Source of the DNA: Acidobacteriota bacterium
GTDB lineage: Bacteria > Acidobacteriota > Vicinamibacteria > Vicinamibacterales > CAVVIG01
Reading direction: 5' to 3'
Assembly (NCBI GenBank): GCA_017883165.1
Contig: JADGOC010000004.1
Span: 1 to 59,613 of the forward strand
DNA: 59,613 nt
This document shows positions 19,751 to 29,119 of this stretch, one piece after another (the first letter of the stretch is position 1; every line of letters begins with the position of its first letter). A program made the translations under genes and the position numbers. The notes under the pieces are model-generated. The model was not told the DNA's origin and made no database searches. It worked only from the letters and a program-made list of their open reading frames with translations.

Positions 19751-21115
19751 TCATACTTCTTCGCGGCCCCGCCTGGCGCCCGCCGCGCGCGGTTCCGGCT
19801 CCAGTTCGAACTCGACGATCTTGCGGTACAGCGTGCCGCGGCTGATGTCGAGCACCCGGGCGGCCTCCTTCTTGTTCCATTCCACCGCTTCGAGGACCCG
19901 CACGATATGGGCGCGCTCGGCATCGGCGAGCGACGGCAGCCGGTCGCCGGTGCTCGAGGCGGCCATCGGCGCAGTCGCGTGCAGAAACTCGATGTCGGTG
20001 GCGCGGATGGAGCGCCCGGGGGCCGACAGCGCCGCGCGCGACACCGTGCTTTCGAGCTCGCGAATGTTGCCGGGCCACTGATAGTTCATCAGCAGATCGA
20101 TGGCTTCGCGCGAGAACACCTTGCTGTCGAGCGGCATCCCCTGCGCGGCGCAGTAGCGGTTCAGGAAGCGCTGGGCCAGCACCGGGATGTCCACCTGTCG
20201 CTCGCGGAGCGACGGCAGGCGGATGGCGAACGCGTTCACCCGGTAGTAGAGGTCCTCGCGGAACCGGCCGTCGCGGACAAACTGCTCGAGCGGACGGTTG
20301 GTCGCGCAGATCAGCCGGAAGTCCACCGAAATCGACTTTTGGCCGCCGAGCCGCTCGAAGCGCCGCTCCTCGAGCACGCGCAGTAGCTTGGCCTGCGCGA
20401 TGATCGAGAGGTCGCCGATTTCGTCGAGAAAGAGTGTGCCCTCGTTGGCGAGCTCGAGGCGGCCCGGCTTGCGATCGTGCGCGCCGGTGAACGCGCCTTT
20501 CTCGTACCCGAAGATTTCCGACTCGAAGAGCGTGTCGGGCAGCGCGGCGCAGTTGACCGCCTGGAACTTGGCCGCGCTCCGCCGGCTGAGCTCGTGGATC
20601 ATCCGCGCGACCACTTCCTTGCCCGACCCGGTCGGTCCGAGGATCAGCACCGAAATGTCGGACTTGGCCGCCGTCCGGATCCACTCGAAGACGATCAGCA
20701 TCTTCTCGTCGCGGCCGATCATTTCGCGGAAGCGCTGGACCGATTGCGACTGGTCTTCGGTTGAGACGGCGGCGCGGCGTTCGAGGAAGAGATCGAGTAG
20801 GTCGGCCATCGCTTCGTCGGCCGGCCGTCCGGCCGTGAACCGCGGCGGCGTGGTGTCCTCGACGAGGCGGGCGACGCCGAAATCGACGAGCTCGCGCACG
20901 CAGTTGTCGACGTCGAGCCGTAGGCGCCCGAACGTCTGCATCAACGATTCGACATCGAACGCTTCGTCGGGACGGGCGCTCAGATACCGCAGCAGGCCGG
21001 CGCGCAGCGGCGACTGCACCAGGGTGCGAAAGCGTGTATCGAGATCGGGCGCCTCGCCGGGCCGAGCCGGCGCCGCGGCGCTGGCGCGGCGGGCGCTGAA
21101 GATCACATCGTCCAT
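19751..21115 (-). CDS. sigma54-dependent activator (bEBP) with a non-receiver N-terminal domain
   Basis: GPTGSGKE, ESEIFGYEKGAFTGA, LFLDEIG, FREDLYYR, WPGNIREL, Fis-type HTH. Confidence 0.93.
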   Translation of the reverse strand: MDDVIFSARRASAAAPARPGEAPDLDTRFRTLVQSPLRAGLLRYLSARPDEAFDVESLMQTFGRLRLDVDNCVRELVDFGVARLVEDTTPPRFTAGRPADEAMADLLDLFLERRAAVSTEDQSQSVQRFREMIGRDEKMLIVFEWIRTAAKSDISVLILGPTGSGKEVVARMIHELSRRSAAKFQAVNCAALPDTLFESEIFGYEKGAFTGAHDRKPGRLELANEGTLFLDEIGDLSIIAQAKLLRVLEERRFERLGGQKSISVDFRLICATNRPLEQFVRDGRFREDLYYRVNAFAIRLPSLRERQVDIPVLAQRFLNRYCAAQGMPLDSKVFSREAIDLLMNYQWPGNIRELESTVSRAALSAPGRSIRATDIEFLHATAPMAASSTGDRLPSLADAERAHIVRVLEAVEWNKKEAARVLDISRGTLYRKIVEFELEPEPRAAGARRGREEV

Positions 21116-21129
21116 CGTTGGCGGTTACG

Positions 21130-21579
21130 TTATCGGCCGGAAGGGGGCGGCGCGACAGGCCCAGACGGGGGGCGGCCGCCCCCGAGGTAGTAGTCGTTTT
21201 GATACTGCTCGATGAGCCTTTTCATCTCCTCGGCGTCGCGCTTGCGGTGCCCGTGGCACCGAATGGGATCGGACCCGCCGCTGGTTTCGATCAGGACGTT
21301 GGAGAACATCAGCGTCGTGTCGATCTTGACCGACGCGACGTGCGCCATGTGGATCGTCTCCTCCTGGCGTCCGATCCACCGCGGCTTGTACTGGACGACG
21401 CTCGATTGCGTGACTAGGACCTGGGTCGGGAACAGATGGTTGCCCGAGCTCAGACGGCTGGCGCGGAAGACGTCGCCCGGGGCGAACGGCCGCCCTTTTT
21501 GCCACACGATCGCGACAATCACGGCGAAAATCGCGCCCGCCGTGAGCCCCACCCAAATCCAAGTCTGTTCGCTGGTCAT
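21130..21579 (-). CDS. hypothetical membrane-anchored protein (bacterial PH-like)
   Basis: N-terminal TM then a beta-rich domain and terminal helix. Confidence 0.65.
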   Translation of the reverse strand: MTSEQTWIWVGLTAGAIFAVIVAIVWQKGRPFAPGDVFRASRLSSGNHLFPTQVLVTQSSVVQYKPRWIGRQEETIHMAHVASVKIDTTLMFSNVLIETSGGSDPIRCHGHRKRDAEEMKRLIEQYQNDYYLGGGRPPSGPVAPPPSGR

Positions 21580-21639
21580 GACAGGGCGATGTTAAGCTAT
21601 TTCAACGTCCAGGACGTTCCAATTTCGAAGGAGCCACTT

Positions 21640-22773
21640 TTGCCGTATCGCGCCCCCGGCTCGTCCGGGCATTCGCAGAAACAGTTCCTGTCGGGGAAGC
21701 CGATCACCAATTATCGCCCGCGCGGCAGCGCCGAGGTCCGTCATCTGATTGACGAAGGCTTCCAGGCGTTCAACGCCGGCCGTTTGTCCGAGGCGTGCGC
21801 GATCTTCGCCGGCAAGATGCTCGACCCGGCCAACGACACCACGATCGGGCTGACGGTGGCCGGCGCAATGACGCCCGCCGGGCTCGGCGGCTGCGTCATC
21901 GAGATGATGGATCGGGGCCTGGTCGATTTCGTCATCTCGACCGGCGCGAACCTCTACCACGATCTCCACTACGCGTTGAACTTCACGCTGCGGCGCGGGT
22001 CGCCCTTTGTCGACGACCGCGAGCTGTACGAAGACGGCGTCATCCGCATTTACGACGTCCTGTTTCCGGCGACGGTGCTGCTCGAGACCGACGCCTACAT
22101 CCGCGACTTTATCGTCCGATCCGGCCTGAACGAGCCGGTGGCGACCTCGGAGTTCCACTATCGCCTCGGGCAGGATCTCTTGGAGCGCTATCCGGGCTGC
22201 GAGGAATACTCGGTAGTCGCGCGTGCCGCGGTCGCCGGCGTGCCGCTCTACACCTCGTCGCCAGGCGACAGCTCGATCGGCATGAACATCGCCTATCACG
22301 AGCTGATGAACGGCAGCCGCTTAATGATCGATCCGAACATGGACGTCAACGAGGTGTGCGCGATCGTGCTCGCCGGTAAGCAGAACGGCTGCGTCATCCT
22401 CGGCGGCGGGTCGCCGAAGAACTTCTATCTGCAGGCGCAGCCGACCCTGTGGGAGGTTTACGGCATCCCCAAGGGCGGCAACGACTACTTCATTCAGATC
22501 ACGACCGATCAGGTGGTCTGGGGCGGGCTGTCTGGCGCGACGCCTTCGGAGGCCGTGAGCTGGGGAAAGGTCAATCCCGGCGTGCTGCCCGACACCGTCG
22601 TCGCCTACTGCGATTCGACGATCGCGTTTCCGCTCTTCTGCGAATACGCGGTCGGTTCGCCTAACGGGCGCCGCACGCGCAGGGAGCTGGTGCATCGTCG
22701 CAAGGAGCTCGTCGCCACGCTCACGAAAGAGGCGAAGGCCGCGAGGCAGAAAATTGGGAACCCTGTCATCTGA
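21640..22773 (+). CDS. deoxyhypusine synthase family protein (homospermidine synthesis type)
   Basis: AGAMTPAGLG, STGANLYHD, GGGSPKNF, GGLSGATPSEAVSWGK; AAGGAG before TTG 21640. Confidence 0.92.
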   Translation: MPYRAPGSSGHSQKQFLSGKPITNYRPRGSAEVRHLIDEGFQAFNAGRLSEACAIFAGKMLDPANDTTIGLTVAGAMTPAGLGGCVIEMMDRGLVDFVISTGANLYHDLHYALNFTLRRGSPFVDDRELYEDGVIRIYDVLFPATVLLETDAYIRDFIVRSGLNEPVATSEFHYRLGQDLLERYPGCEEYSVVARAAVAGVPLYTSSPGDSSIGMNIAYHELMNGSRLMIDPNMDVNEVCAIVLAGKQNGCVILGGGSPKNFYLQAQPTLWEVYGIPKGGNDYFIQITTDQVVWGGLSGATPSEAVSWGKVNPGVLPDTVVAYCDSTIAFPLFCEYAVGSPNGRRTRRELVHRRKELVATLTKEAKAARQKIGNPVI

Positions 22774-23194
22774 GCTCGCGTCGCATGCTGAACGGCTCTC
22801 GCCACGGCCGCGGGTCTACGCCGACGCGAACGTGCCGGCGGGGCTGGTCGTGCACATGCGCCTGCGTTTGCAGTGGGACGTGCTGTTCGTCCTCGAAGAC
22901 GCGGCGCTGCGCCGCGCCTCGGACGTGAGGCACTATCATCTCGCGGAGCAGCTCCGGCGCACGCTCGTGACGCTCGATCGCGACTATCTCGACGATCGCC
23001 GGTTCCCGCCGTCAGCAGGGGCCGGCGTGCTCGTCATCAGCGCGCCGGACGAGCGCGAGTTGTCGGCGCTGCTCGATCGGCTCGATTCGACGCTGTTCCG
23101 CCGCCCTGGCGACGATACCGACGGGGACACGGCGGTCCTGCCGCTCGCGGGGCGCAAGCTGCACGCGCACACTGACTGGGGCCGTGAAGCGTGA
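22754..23194 (+). CDS. DUF5615/Mut7-C PIN-like protein
   Basis: VYADANVP, WDV, ASD, RTLVTLDRDY, GVLVI. Confidence 0.75.
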   Translation: MGTLSSELASHAERLSPRPRVYADANVPAGLVVHMRLRLQWDVLFVLEDAALRRASDVRHYHLAEQLRRTLVTLDRDYLDDRRFPPSAGAGVLVISAPDERELSALLDRLDSTLFRRPGDDTDGDTAVLPLAGRKLHAHTDWGREA

Positions 23195-24090
23195 AATACA
23201 TGCTGGGCTTGGAACTGCTCGACAATCGCGCCGTCGCCGTGGCCATCGACGACACGGGACGCGTGCTCGGCCGCGCGGCCGTTGCGTCCGCGGAACTGCC
23301 GGCCGCGGCGCTCGCCACGCTCGACGGCGCGGCGGCGGGCGTGGCCGGATCGCTCGGCGGAGTCGGGGTCGCCTCGGTGTACCCCGACGGGCCCGAGTGC
23401 GCCGCCGTGCTCAAAGCGATCGGCGCGCGCTACGCGGGCCCGTTCCTGCAGGAAGGCGCGCTCGCGAGCGGCACCGCCGCCGCCGTCGCCGAAGCCTGGA
23501 TCGGTGCGGCGCGTGCGGCGCGCGACGTGGTCTATTTCGCCGTTGCGGAACACACGTGCGCGGGCATCGTGCGCGACGGCGCACCGCTCACCGGCGCGCA
23601 CCGGCGGGCGCCGGCCGTCGGCTGGCTCGCGCTCAACCCGGTCGAGCGCGAGGACTACCGCAAGACCGGCTGCCTCGAGGCCGAAGTCGCCGCCGCCGGC
23701 ATCGTCCGCCGGCTCGTGTGGCGCATCAAAGCCGGCGATCGCTCGCGCGTGCAGGATGCCGCCAATGGCGACTTCGCCGCGATCACCGTTAACCACGTCC
23801 TCGACGCCGCGCGCGGCGGCGACGGCGTGTCCATCTCGGTTGTGCGCGACACGGCGAAGTATCTGGGCATGGCGGCGGCCAATCTCGTCGTCATCGCGGA
23901 TCCGGCCGTGCTGGTCCTCGGCGGGATCATGGCCTCGGCCGCCGACCTGCTGCTCGAACCGGTTCGGCTCGAGCTCGCCCGGCGCGTGCCGCCGGGGATG
24001 ATGCAGACGCTGACGATCGTGCCGGCCGCGCTCGGCGCTGACGCCGCGGCCATCGGCGCGGCGCGCTTGGCGACGGCTGCGCTCCAATGA
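23191..24090 (+). CDS. ROK family protein with degenerate motifs
   Basis: AAVAEAWIGAA, GCLEAE, DPAVLVLGG, LGADAAAIGAA. Confidence 0.85.
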   Translation: MKYMLGLELLDNRAVAVAIDDTGRVLGRAAVASAELPAAALATLDGAAAGVAGSLGGVGVASVYPDGPECAAVLKAIGARYAGPFLQEGALASGTAAAVAEAWIGAARAARDVVYFAVAEHTCAGIVRDGAPLTGAHRRAPAVGWLALNPVEREDYRKTGCLEAEVAAAGIVRRLVWRIKAGDRSRVQDAANGDFAAITVNHVLDAARGGDGVSISVVRDTAKYLGMAAANLVVIADPAVLVLGGIMASAADLLLEPVRLELARRVPPGMMQTLTIVPAALGADAAAIGAARLATAALQ

Positions 24091-25331
24091 TCGTACTGTC
24101 AGGCGCCGAGCTGGTGCTGCCTGACCGCATCCTCACGCCCGGCACCCTCGCGATCGAGAACGGCCGCATCGCCGACATTCGTCCCGGCGGCGCCCAGGGC
24201 CGCATGCCCAGCGGACATTCCCCGTCGCTTTTCGCGTTCCACGGCCACTACATCGTCCCCGGCTTCATCGACGTGCACGTGCACGGCGTCGACGGATTCG
24301 ACTCGCTCGACGGCAACACCGCCGTTCGTTCGATCGCGGCGCGGCTGCCACGCTACGGCGTCACTGCCTTTTGTCCCACGACGGTGGCGTGCGCGCCCGA
24401 TGCGCTGCGCCTTGTGCTCGACCAGGTGCGAAGCGCGCGCGAAACGGCCGACCCGCGCTCGGCGCGCGTGCTGCCCGCGCATCTCGAGAGCAACTTCATT
24501 AACCCGGAGTACCGCGGCGCCCAGCCGATGGGATGCCTGCGCAGCCCGCGCGCGGCGCTGGATGGGGAGACAGGGGCAGGACGGGCAGGAGCGTCAGGAA
24601 GGGCAGGAAAGACGGGGGAGTTTGCCGCGTCGGACATCCTGCGCGAGATCGAGCGCGCGGCGCCGGACGTCGGCATCGTGACGCTGGCGCCGGAGCTTGA
24701 GGGCGGGCTCGACCTCGTCCGCTGGGTGTTGGCTCGCGGCCCTCGCGTGTCGCTGGGCCATTCCAATGCGACCTACGACGAGGCGCTCGCCGCGATCGCG
24801 GCGGGCGCGCGGCACGCGACGCATCTCTTCAACCGCATGCCGCCGCTCGGCCATCGCGCGCCCGGCCTCGCCGGGGCGATCCTGCAGACCGACGAAGTCG
24901 CCGCGGAGCTGATTTGCGACGGCTTCCACGTGCATCCCGCGATCGTGCGCATGGCGATCGCGGCGAAGCGCCCGTCGCGCGTCCTCGCCATCACCGACGG
25001 GACCGCCGCGTCGGGCCTGCCGGTCGGCCGCCGCGCTCGGCTCGGCGGGCAGCCAATCACGGTCGGCGAATCGGCGGCCTTCCTCGACGACGGCACGCTC
25101 GCCGGCAGCGTCTTGACGATGGACCGGGCGTTCCAGGGGCTCGTCGGGCGGATCGGCCTGTCGCCGGTCGACGCGGCCACGCTCTGCTCGACGACGCCGG
25201 CGCGCGAGCTGGGCCTGGTCGGCCATGGCGTCCTCGCGCCGGACGCGGTCGCGGATCTCGTCGTCCTCGACGCGCAGTTCTCGGTCGTGCAGACTTACAT
25301 CGCGGGGCAGCTGGCGTATTCAAGAACCTGA
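24087..25331 (+). CDS. nagA: N-acetylglucosamine-6-phosphate deacetylase
   Basis: PGFIDVHVHG, HLE, TLAPE, GHSNA, THLFNRM, DGFHVHP, LAGSVLTMD. Confidence 0.95.
   Translation: MIVLSGAELVLPDRILTPGTLAIENGRIADIRPGGAQGRMPSGHSPSLFAFHGHYIVPGFIDVHVHGVDGFDSLDGNTAVRSIAARLPRYGVTAFCPTTVACAPDALRLVLDQVRSARETADPRSARVLPAHLESNFINPEYRGAQPMGCLRSPRAALDGETGAGRAGASGRAGKTGEFAASDILREIERAAPDVGIVTLAPELEGGLDLVRWVLARGPRVSLGHSNATYDEALAAIAAGARHATHLFNRMPPLGHRAPGLAGAILQTDEVAAELICDGFHVHPAIVRMAIAAKRPSRVLAITDGTAASGLPVGRRARLGGQPITVGESAAFLDDGTLAGSVLTMDRAFQGLVGRIGLSPVDAATLCSTTPARELGLVGHGVLAPDAVADLVVLDAQFSVVQTYIAGQLAYSRT
24565..24620 (+). repeat. in-frame degenerate 9-mer repeat (GGGCAGGAx) inside nagA
   Basis: ggggcaggacgggcaggagcgtcaggaagggcaggaaag encodes GAGRAGASGRAGK; same unit at 58257-58271. 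Confidence 0.65.
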
Positions 25332-25333
25332 AT

Positions 25334-25412
25334 GGGGGTCGGGAGCCTTTTTCAGTTTTTGCTAGGGGCGGCACTCGAACAGCGCAAAAACTGAAAAAGG
25401 CTCCCGACCCCC
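25334..25412. repeat. perfect 29-bp inverted repeat (REP-like, possible terminator)
   Basis: gggggtcgggagcctttttcagtttttgc and its exact reverse complement; 21-nt loop. Confidence 0.9.
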
Positions 25413-25426
25413 TCAACACCCCCCTG

Positions 25427-25456
25427 TGCAACACCGGTTCCCGCACATCCGTCTAA
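25427..25456 (+). promoter_or_regulatory. ECF sigma-type promoter (candidate)
   Basis: TGCAAC-N17-CGTCTAA upstream of the DUF4097 gene. Confidence 0.5.
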
Positions 25457-25476
25457 GCCTCGGAAGGAGTCTCGCC

Positions 25477-26382
25477 ATGGCAGATTCGATTCGTCTTCGC
25501 TCGCTTGGCGCCGCCGCGGCGCTGGCGGTGCTCGTGGCCGGCCCCGCCTGTGTCGTCATTGGCGCCGATCAGGCGAGATACGTCGAGCGCGAAGACAAGC
25601 GGTTCGCCGTGACGGGGAAGCCCGACGTCTCGCTGTCGACCTTCGACGGGTCGATCGAGATCCGCGTGTCGGACCGGCCCGAAGTGACCGTGACGATTGA
25701 AAAGCACGCCTTCAACAAGAGGGCGGCCGCGCGCATCGACGTCCACACCGAACAAAACGGCAATCACATCGTCGTTGACGCGCGGTTGCCGAAGAGCCTC
25801 CACGTGTTCGGGTGGCCCTGGAACAACACGACGGCAAAGTTGATCGTGGCGATGCCGGCGTCGGCCGACGTGCATGCCACCAGCGGCGACGGATCGATCG
25901 ACGTGGAGCGAATCAACGGCATGCTGAATCTGCGTTCGGGCGACGGGAGCATCCACGGCCGCGATCTGGCGGGCGATCTCACGCTGCACACCGGCGACGG
26001 CTCCATCAAACTGGAGAAGATCACCGGCGCGCTCGATGTCGACACGGGCGACGGCAGCATCACGGCCGACGGCACATTCAAGAGCGTTCGCGTGCGCTCC
26101 GGCGACGGCGGCGTCACGATTCGCGCGGCCGCGGGCAGCGCGACCGACGCCGACTGGAGCATCACCACCGGCGACGGATCGGTGGTGCTCGAAGTGCCGG
26201 ACAGCTTCGGCGGCGAACTGGACGCCCACACCGGCGACGGCGCCATCACCATACGTGACGTCACGCTGTCGAACGTCAGCGGCCAGATTGGTAAGAGCTC
26301 GGTACGCGGCCGTCTTGGTGCCGGAGGACATGCGGTGAAGGTCCGCACCGGCGACGGCTCGATTACGCTGCGGCGGTATTGA
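25477..26382 (+). CDS. DUF4097 beta-strand repeat protein, probable lipoprotein
   Basis: Repeated (T/S)GDGSI units; signal peptide ending at a Cys; AGGAG RBS. Confidence 0.88.
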   Translation: MADSIRLRSLGAAAALAVLVAGPACVVIGADQARYVEREDKRFAVTGKPDVSLSTFDGSIEIRVSDRPEVTVTIEKHAFNKRAAARIDVHTEQNGNHIVVDARLPKSLHVFGWPWNNTTAKLIVAMPASADVHATSGDGSIDVERINGMLNLRSGDGSIHGRDLAGDLTLHTGDGSIKLEKITGALDVDTGDGSITADGTFKSVRVRSGDGGVTIRAAAGSATDADWSITTGDGSVVLEVPDSFGGELDAHTGDGAITIRDVTLSNVSGQIGKSSVRGRLGAGGHAVKVRTGDGSITLRRY

Positions 26383-26388
26383 GACGTT

Positions 26389-27081
26389 CTAGGTTCTAGG
26401 TTCTACGTTCCGGCGGTCGAGATACTCGGTTGGATCGCTGACGCCGGCTTCGACAAACGCGTCATGCCGCTCGCGGCATTTGCTGCACTCGCCGCAATGC
26501 CGCGGCAACGCCTGTCCGTCCGCCCGCGGGTTCATGCACGACAGCGTCAACGGGAAGGGGATACCGACCGCGGCGCCGCGCCGGATCACTTCCGCTTTGC
26601 TCACGTCTGCGTAAGGTGCGTCGATCTGAAGCCGGTGCGCCAGACCGAGCGACAGTGCGCGGGCCATGGCCGATCGAAACTCGGGCGTCGCGTCGGGAAA
26701 CGGATTGTGCGCGAGCGTGCCGAGCACGAGCCGGTCGATCGCCACCGCGGCGCAATAGACGCCGGCCTTGCCGAGCAGGATGATGTTGCGGCCGGGCAGA
26801 TACACCTCCTCGTCTGGCGTGTGGTAACCCGGCGGGCGGCCTTGCACGGCCCAGTGCGCCGCTTCGTACACGTCGCGCATGTCGACGGTCAGCGAAACGA
26901 GCGGCCCGATGCGGCCGTGCAGGGAGCCGCTGGCGAGCAACGCGTCGGCGGTCGCCCGCTCCGACGCCTCCCACGCGAGGCCGGTCGCCACATAGATCGG
27001 CTGCACCTCGCCGCGCGTCGCCTCCTCGGCGAGCAACACCGCGCTGTCGAGGCCCCCGGAGAACAGAACGGCTGTAAGCAT
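26389..27081 (-). CDS. queC: 7-cyano-7-deazaguanine synthase
   Basis: SGGLDS, YLPGRN, FPDA, TLSC, HCGECSKCRER. Confidence 0.9.
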   Translation of the reverse strand: MLTAVLFSGGLDSAVLLAEEATRGEVQPIYVATGLAWEASERATADALLASGSLHGRIGPLVSLTVDMRDVYEAAHWAVQGRPPGYHTPDEEVYLPGRNIILLGKAGVYCAAVAIDRLVLGTLAHNPFPDATPEFRSAMARALSLGLAHRLQIDAPYADVSKAEVIRRGAAVGIPFPLTLSCMNPRADGQALPRHCGECSKCRERHDAFVEAGVSDPTEYLDRRNVEPRT

Positions 27082-27189
27082 GGGGTGATGGGGTGATGGG
27101 GTGATGGGGTGATGGGGTAAGCTGAGAACGTGATCAGAGTCCCGTGCTCGTTCTTCCCATTACAACATCACCACATTACCCCATTACCA
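27080..27189. repeat. ATGGGGTG octamer x5 plus a degenerate inverted copy
   Basis: 27080-27119 and cccattac-type units at 27156-27188; same unit at 59557-59605. Confidence 0.85.
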
Positions 27190-27190
27190 A

Positions 27191-27598
27191 ATGTACTCCG
27201 TTACTAAACGTATCGACTTCTGTTACGGCCACCGGCTGCTCGACTACGACGGCATCTGCAAGCATCCGCACGGCCACAACGCCGTCGCGGAGATCGAGGT
27301 GCGCACGGGCCGGCTCGACAACCGGAACATGGTCTGCGACTTCAGCGACATCAAGCGCATCATCAAGGGGTGGATCGACAAGGCTCTCGATCACAAGATG
27401 CTGCTGCGCCACGACGATCCGCTCGTGAAGCCGCTCCAGGCGCTTGGGGAGCCGGTGTTTCTCGTCGACAGCAATCCGACCGTCGAGCGGATTGCGCGGT
27501 TGATCTTCGACTACGCCACCGAGCAGGGGCTGCCCGTCGTCCGCGTGCGCGTGTGGGAAACCCCGACGTCGTTCGCCGAGTACGGCGCGGAACAGTGA
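27191..27598 (+). CDS. queD: 6-carboxytetrahydropterin synthase
   Basis: FCYGHRL, CKHPHGHN, LDHKML, NPTVERIA, VWETPTSFA. Confidence 0.92.
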   Translation: MYSVTKRIDFCYGHRLLDYDGICKHPHGHNAVAEIEVRTGRLDNRNMVCDFSDIKRIIKGWIDKALDHKMLLRHDDPLVKPLQALGEPVFLVDSNPTVERIARLIFDYATEQGLPVVRVRVWETPTSFAEYGAEQ

Positions 27599-28242
27599 AG
27601 CTCGTCGTCTTCGATCTGGATGGGACGCTCGTCGACTCGCGCCGCGACCTTGCCGATTCCGCCAACACGTTGCTCCTGGAAGCGGGCGGCGCGCCGCTGC
27701 CGGAGGATGCCATCGGGCGTATGGTGGGCGACGGCGCGGCCGTGCTCGTGGCGCGCGTCTTCGAAGCCTCGGGGCGCGAGGCCCCGTCCGACGCCCTCGA
27801 CCGGTTCCTCGCGATCTACGACGAGCATCTGCTGAACCACACGAAGCCGTATCCGAAGATCGCGGAGGTGCTAGCCGAGCTCAGCCGGAGAACGAAGCTG
27901 GCCGTGCTGACCAACAAACCGCTCGAGGCGACGCGCCGCGTGCTGGCCGGCCTCGATCTCGCGCGCTTCTTTCCAGAGGACCACGTCGTCGGCGGCGACG
28001 GTCCGTTCGCACGCAAGCCCAATCCCGCTGGGCTCGAGTACCTGATTGCGCAGGCCGGCATCACGCCGGCCGAGGCCGCCCTCGTGGGCGACTCCGCGAT
28101 CGATTGGCGGACGGCGCGAAATGCAGGTACGCGCCTGTATCTGGCCCGCTACGGGTTCGGGTTTGAGGGTATTCCGGTCGACCAACTGGAAAGCGCGGAG
28201 CAGGTCATCGATCGTCCCGAGCAACTACTCGAGGCGCTTTAG
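27595..28242 (+). CDS. gph: HAD phosphatase, phosphoglycolate phosphatase-like
   Basis: FDLDGTLVDS, LTNKP, KPNP, VGDSAID. Confidence 0.85.
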   Translation: MKLVVFDLDGTLVDSRRDLADSANTLLLEAGGAPLPEDAIGRMVGDGAAVLVARVFEASGREAPSDALDRFLAIYDEHLLNHTKPYPKIAEVLAELSRRTKLAVLTNKPLEATRRVLAGLDLARFFPEDHVVGGDGPFARKPNPAGLEYLIAQAGITPAEAALVGDSAIDWRTARNAGTRLYLARYGFGFEGIPVDQLESAEQVIDRPEQLLEAL

Positions 28243-28267
28243 ACGTGGAGGCGGTGGGCGGAGAATC

Positions 28268-29119
28268 TCAACCTGGACCTCGGACCGATCGGAAGGTTGA
28301 TGGGAGGGGGGCGGGCCACAACCGGCCGACGTTGTACGTGACGCCGGCGTAGAACGCGCGCGGCTGAGGGCCCGTGACCGGCACGATCGCGCCCGCATCC
28401 ATCACGAGCCAATCGCGAATGGCGACCGTCGGCCCGACGAGAAAGGCCACGATCGAGTCCGCGCCGGCCGGCCCTGAGGTCGCAGGATAGCCGTACAGCT
28501 CCGCGACCCACCCGAGCCACCCGCGCGCGGGACCGCCGAACGACGCCGTCCACAATGCGGCGTGGCGAGGCGCGACGGTTCCGTCGCCTCCGCGCCGTGT
28601 GTAGCCGACGTTGAGATCCATGGCGACCTCGCCGAACTTGTGGCTCGAAATCAACAGCAGGCCGACGTCGGTTGTACCGGTGCCGGTGCCCGAATCCGCC
28701 GAGCCGCTGGGCAACTTCAGGCTGGGAAGGATCGCGAGATTGCCGACGACAGGCGTGGCCTCGAACAGCCGCATCTTCACACCGATCGAGAAGTCGCCAA
28801 TGCCCGTTGTCTCCGATTGAGCGGGCCTGATGACGGGCGCCTGCAGCTCGAGTTGGACGCGCGGCGCCAACCCTATCTTGAACAACACGGGCGCGCTCTC
28901 GCCGCGCGACCGATCGGCGTAGCGATCGAACTCCGTCCCGGCCTCGATCTCGAGCCACCCGGTTGCCACGGTGCCGGCGTGCGTGGCCACGGTCGGCCGT
29001 TGCGGCTGCGCGGCATGGGGATCGACCGCAGCGGTCTGCGCGGTCAGCCGAACCGGTCGTCCCGCCAGCCATGCGGACGCGATCAACGCCGCGATCGTGC
29101 CGGGCGCTCGGCGCCTCAC
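28268..29119 (-). CDS. putative outer-membrane beta-barrel/transporter protein
   Basis: Signal peptide, QRP..ATHAGTV, GIGDFSIGVK, alternating beta-strand pattern. Confidence 0.7.
   Translation of the reverse strand: MRRRAPGTIAALIASAWLAGRPVRLTAQTAAVDPHAAQPQRPTVATHAGTVATGWLEIEAGTEFDRYADRSRGESAPVLFKIGLAPRVQLELQAPVIRPAQSETTGIGDFSIGVKMRLFEATPVVGNLAILPSLKLPSGSADSGTGTGTTDVGLLLISSHKFGEVAMDLNVGYTRRGGDGTVAPRHAALWTASFGGPARGWLGWVAELYGYPATSGPAGADSIVAFLVGPTVAIRDWLVMDAGAIVPVTGPQPRAFYAGVTYNVGRLWPAPLPSTFRSVRGPG

Noticed and set aside
26386-26410. GGTTCTAG resembling a preQ1-I riboswitch near queC
   Set aside because: It is a heptamer repeat at the queC 3' end, in the wrong position and strand, with no A-rich tail
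26389-27598. queC/queD as part of a Dpd, Qat or type IV CBASS defence system
   Set aside because: No DpdA/TGT, nuclease, cyclase or ATPase neighbours; housekeeping context
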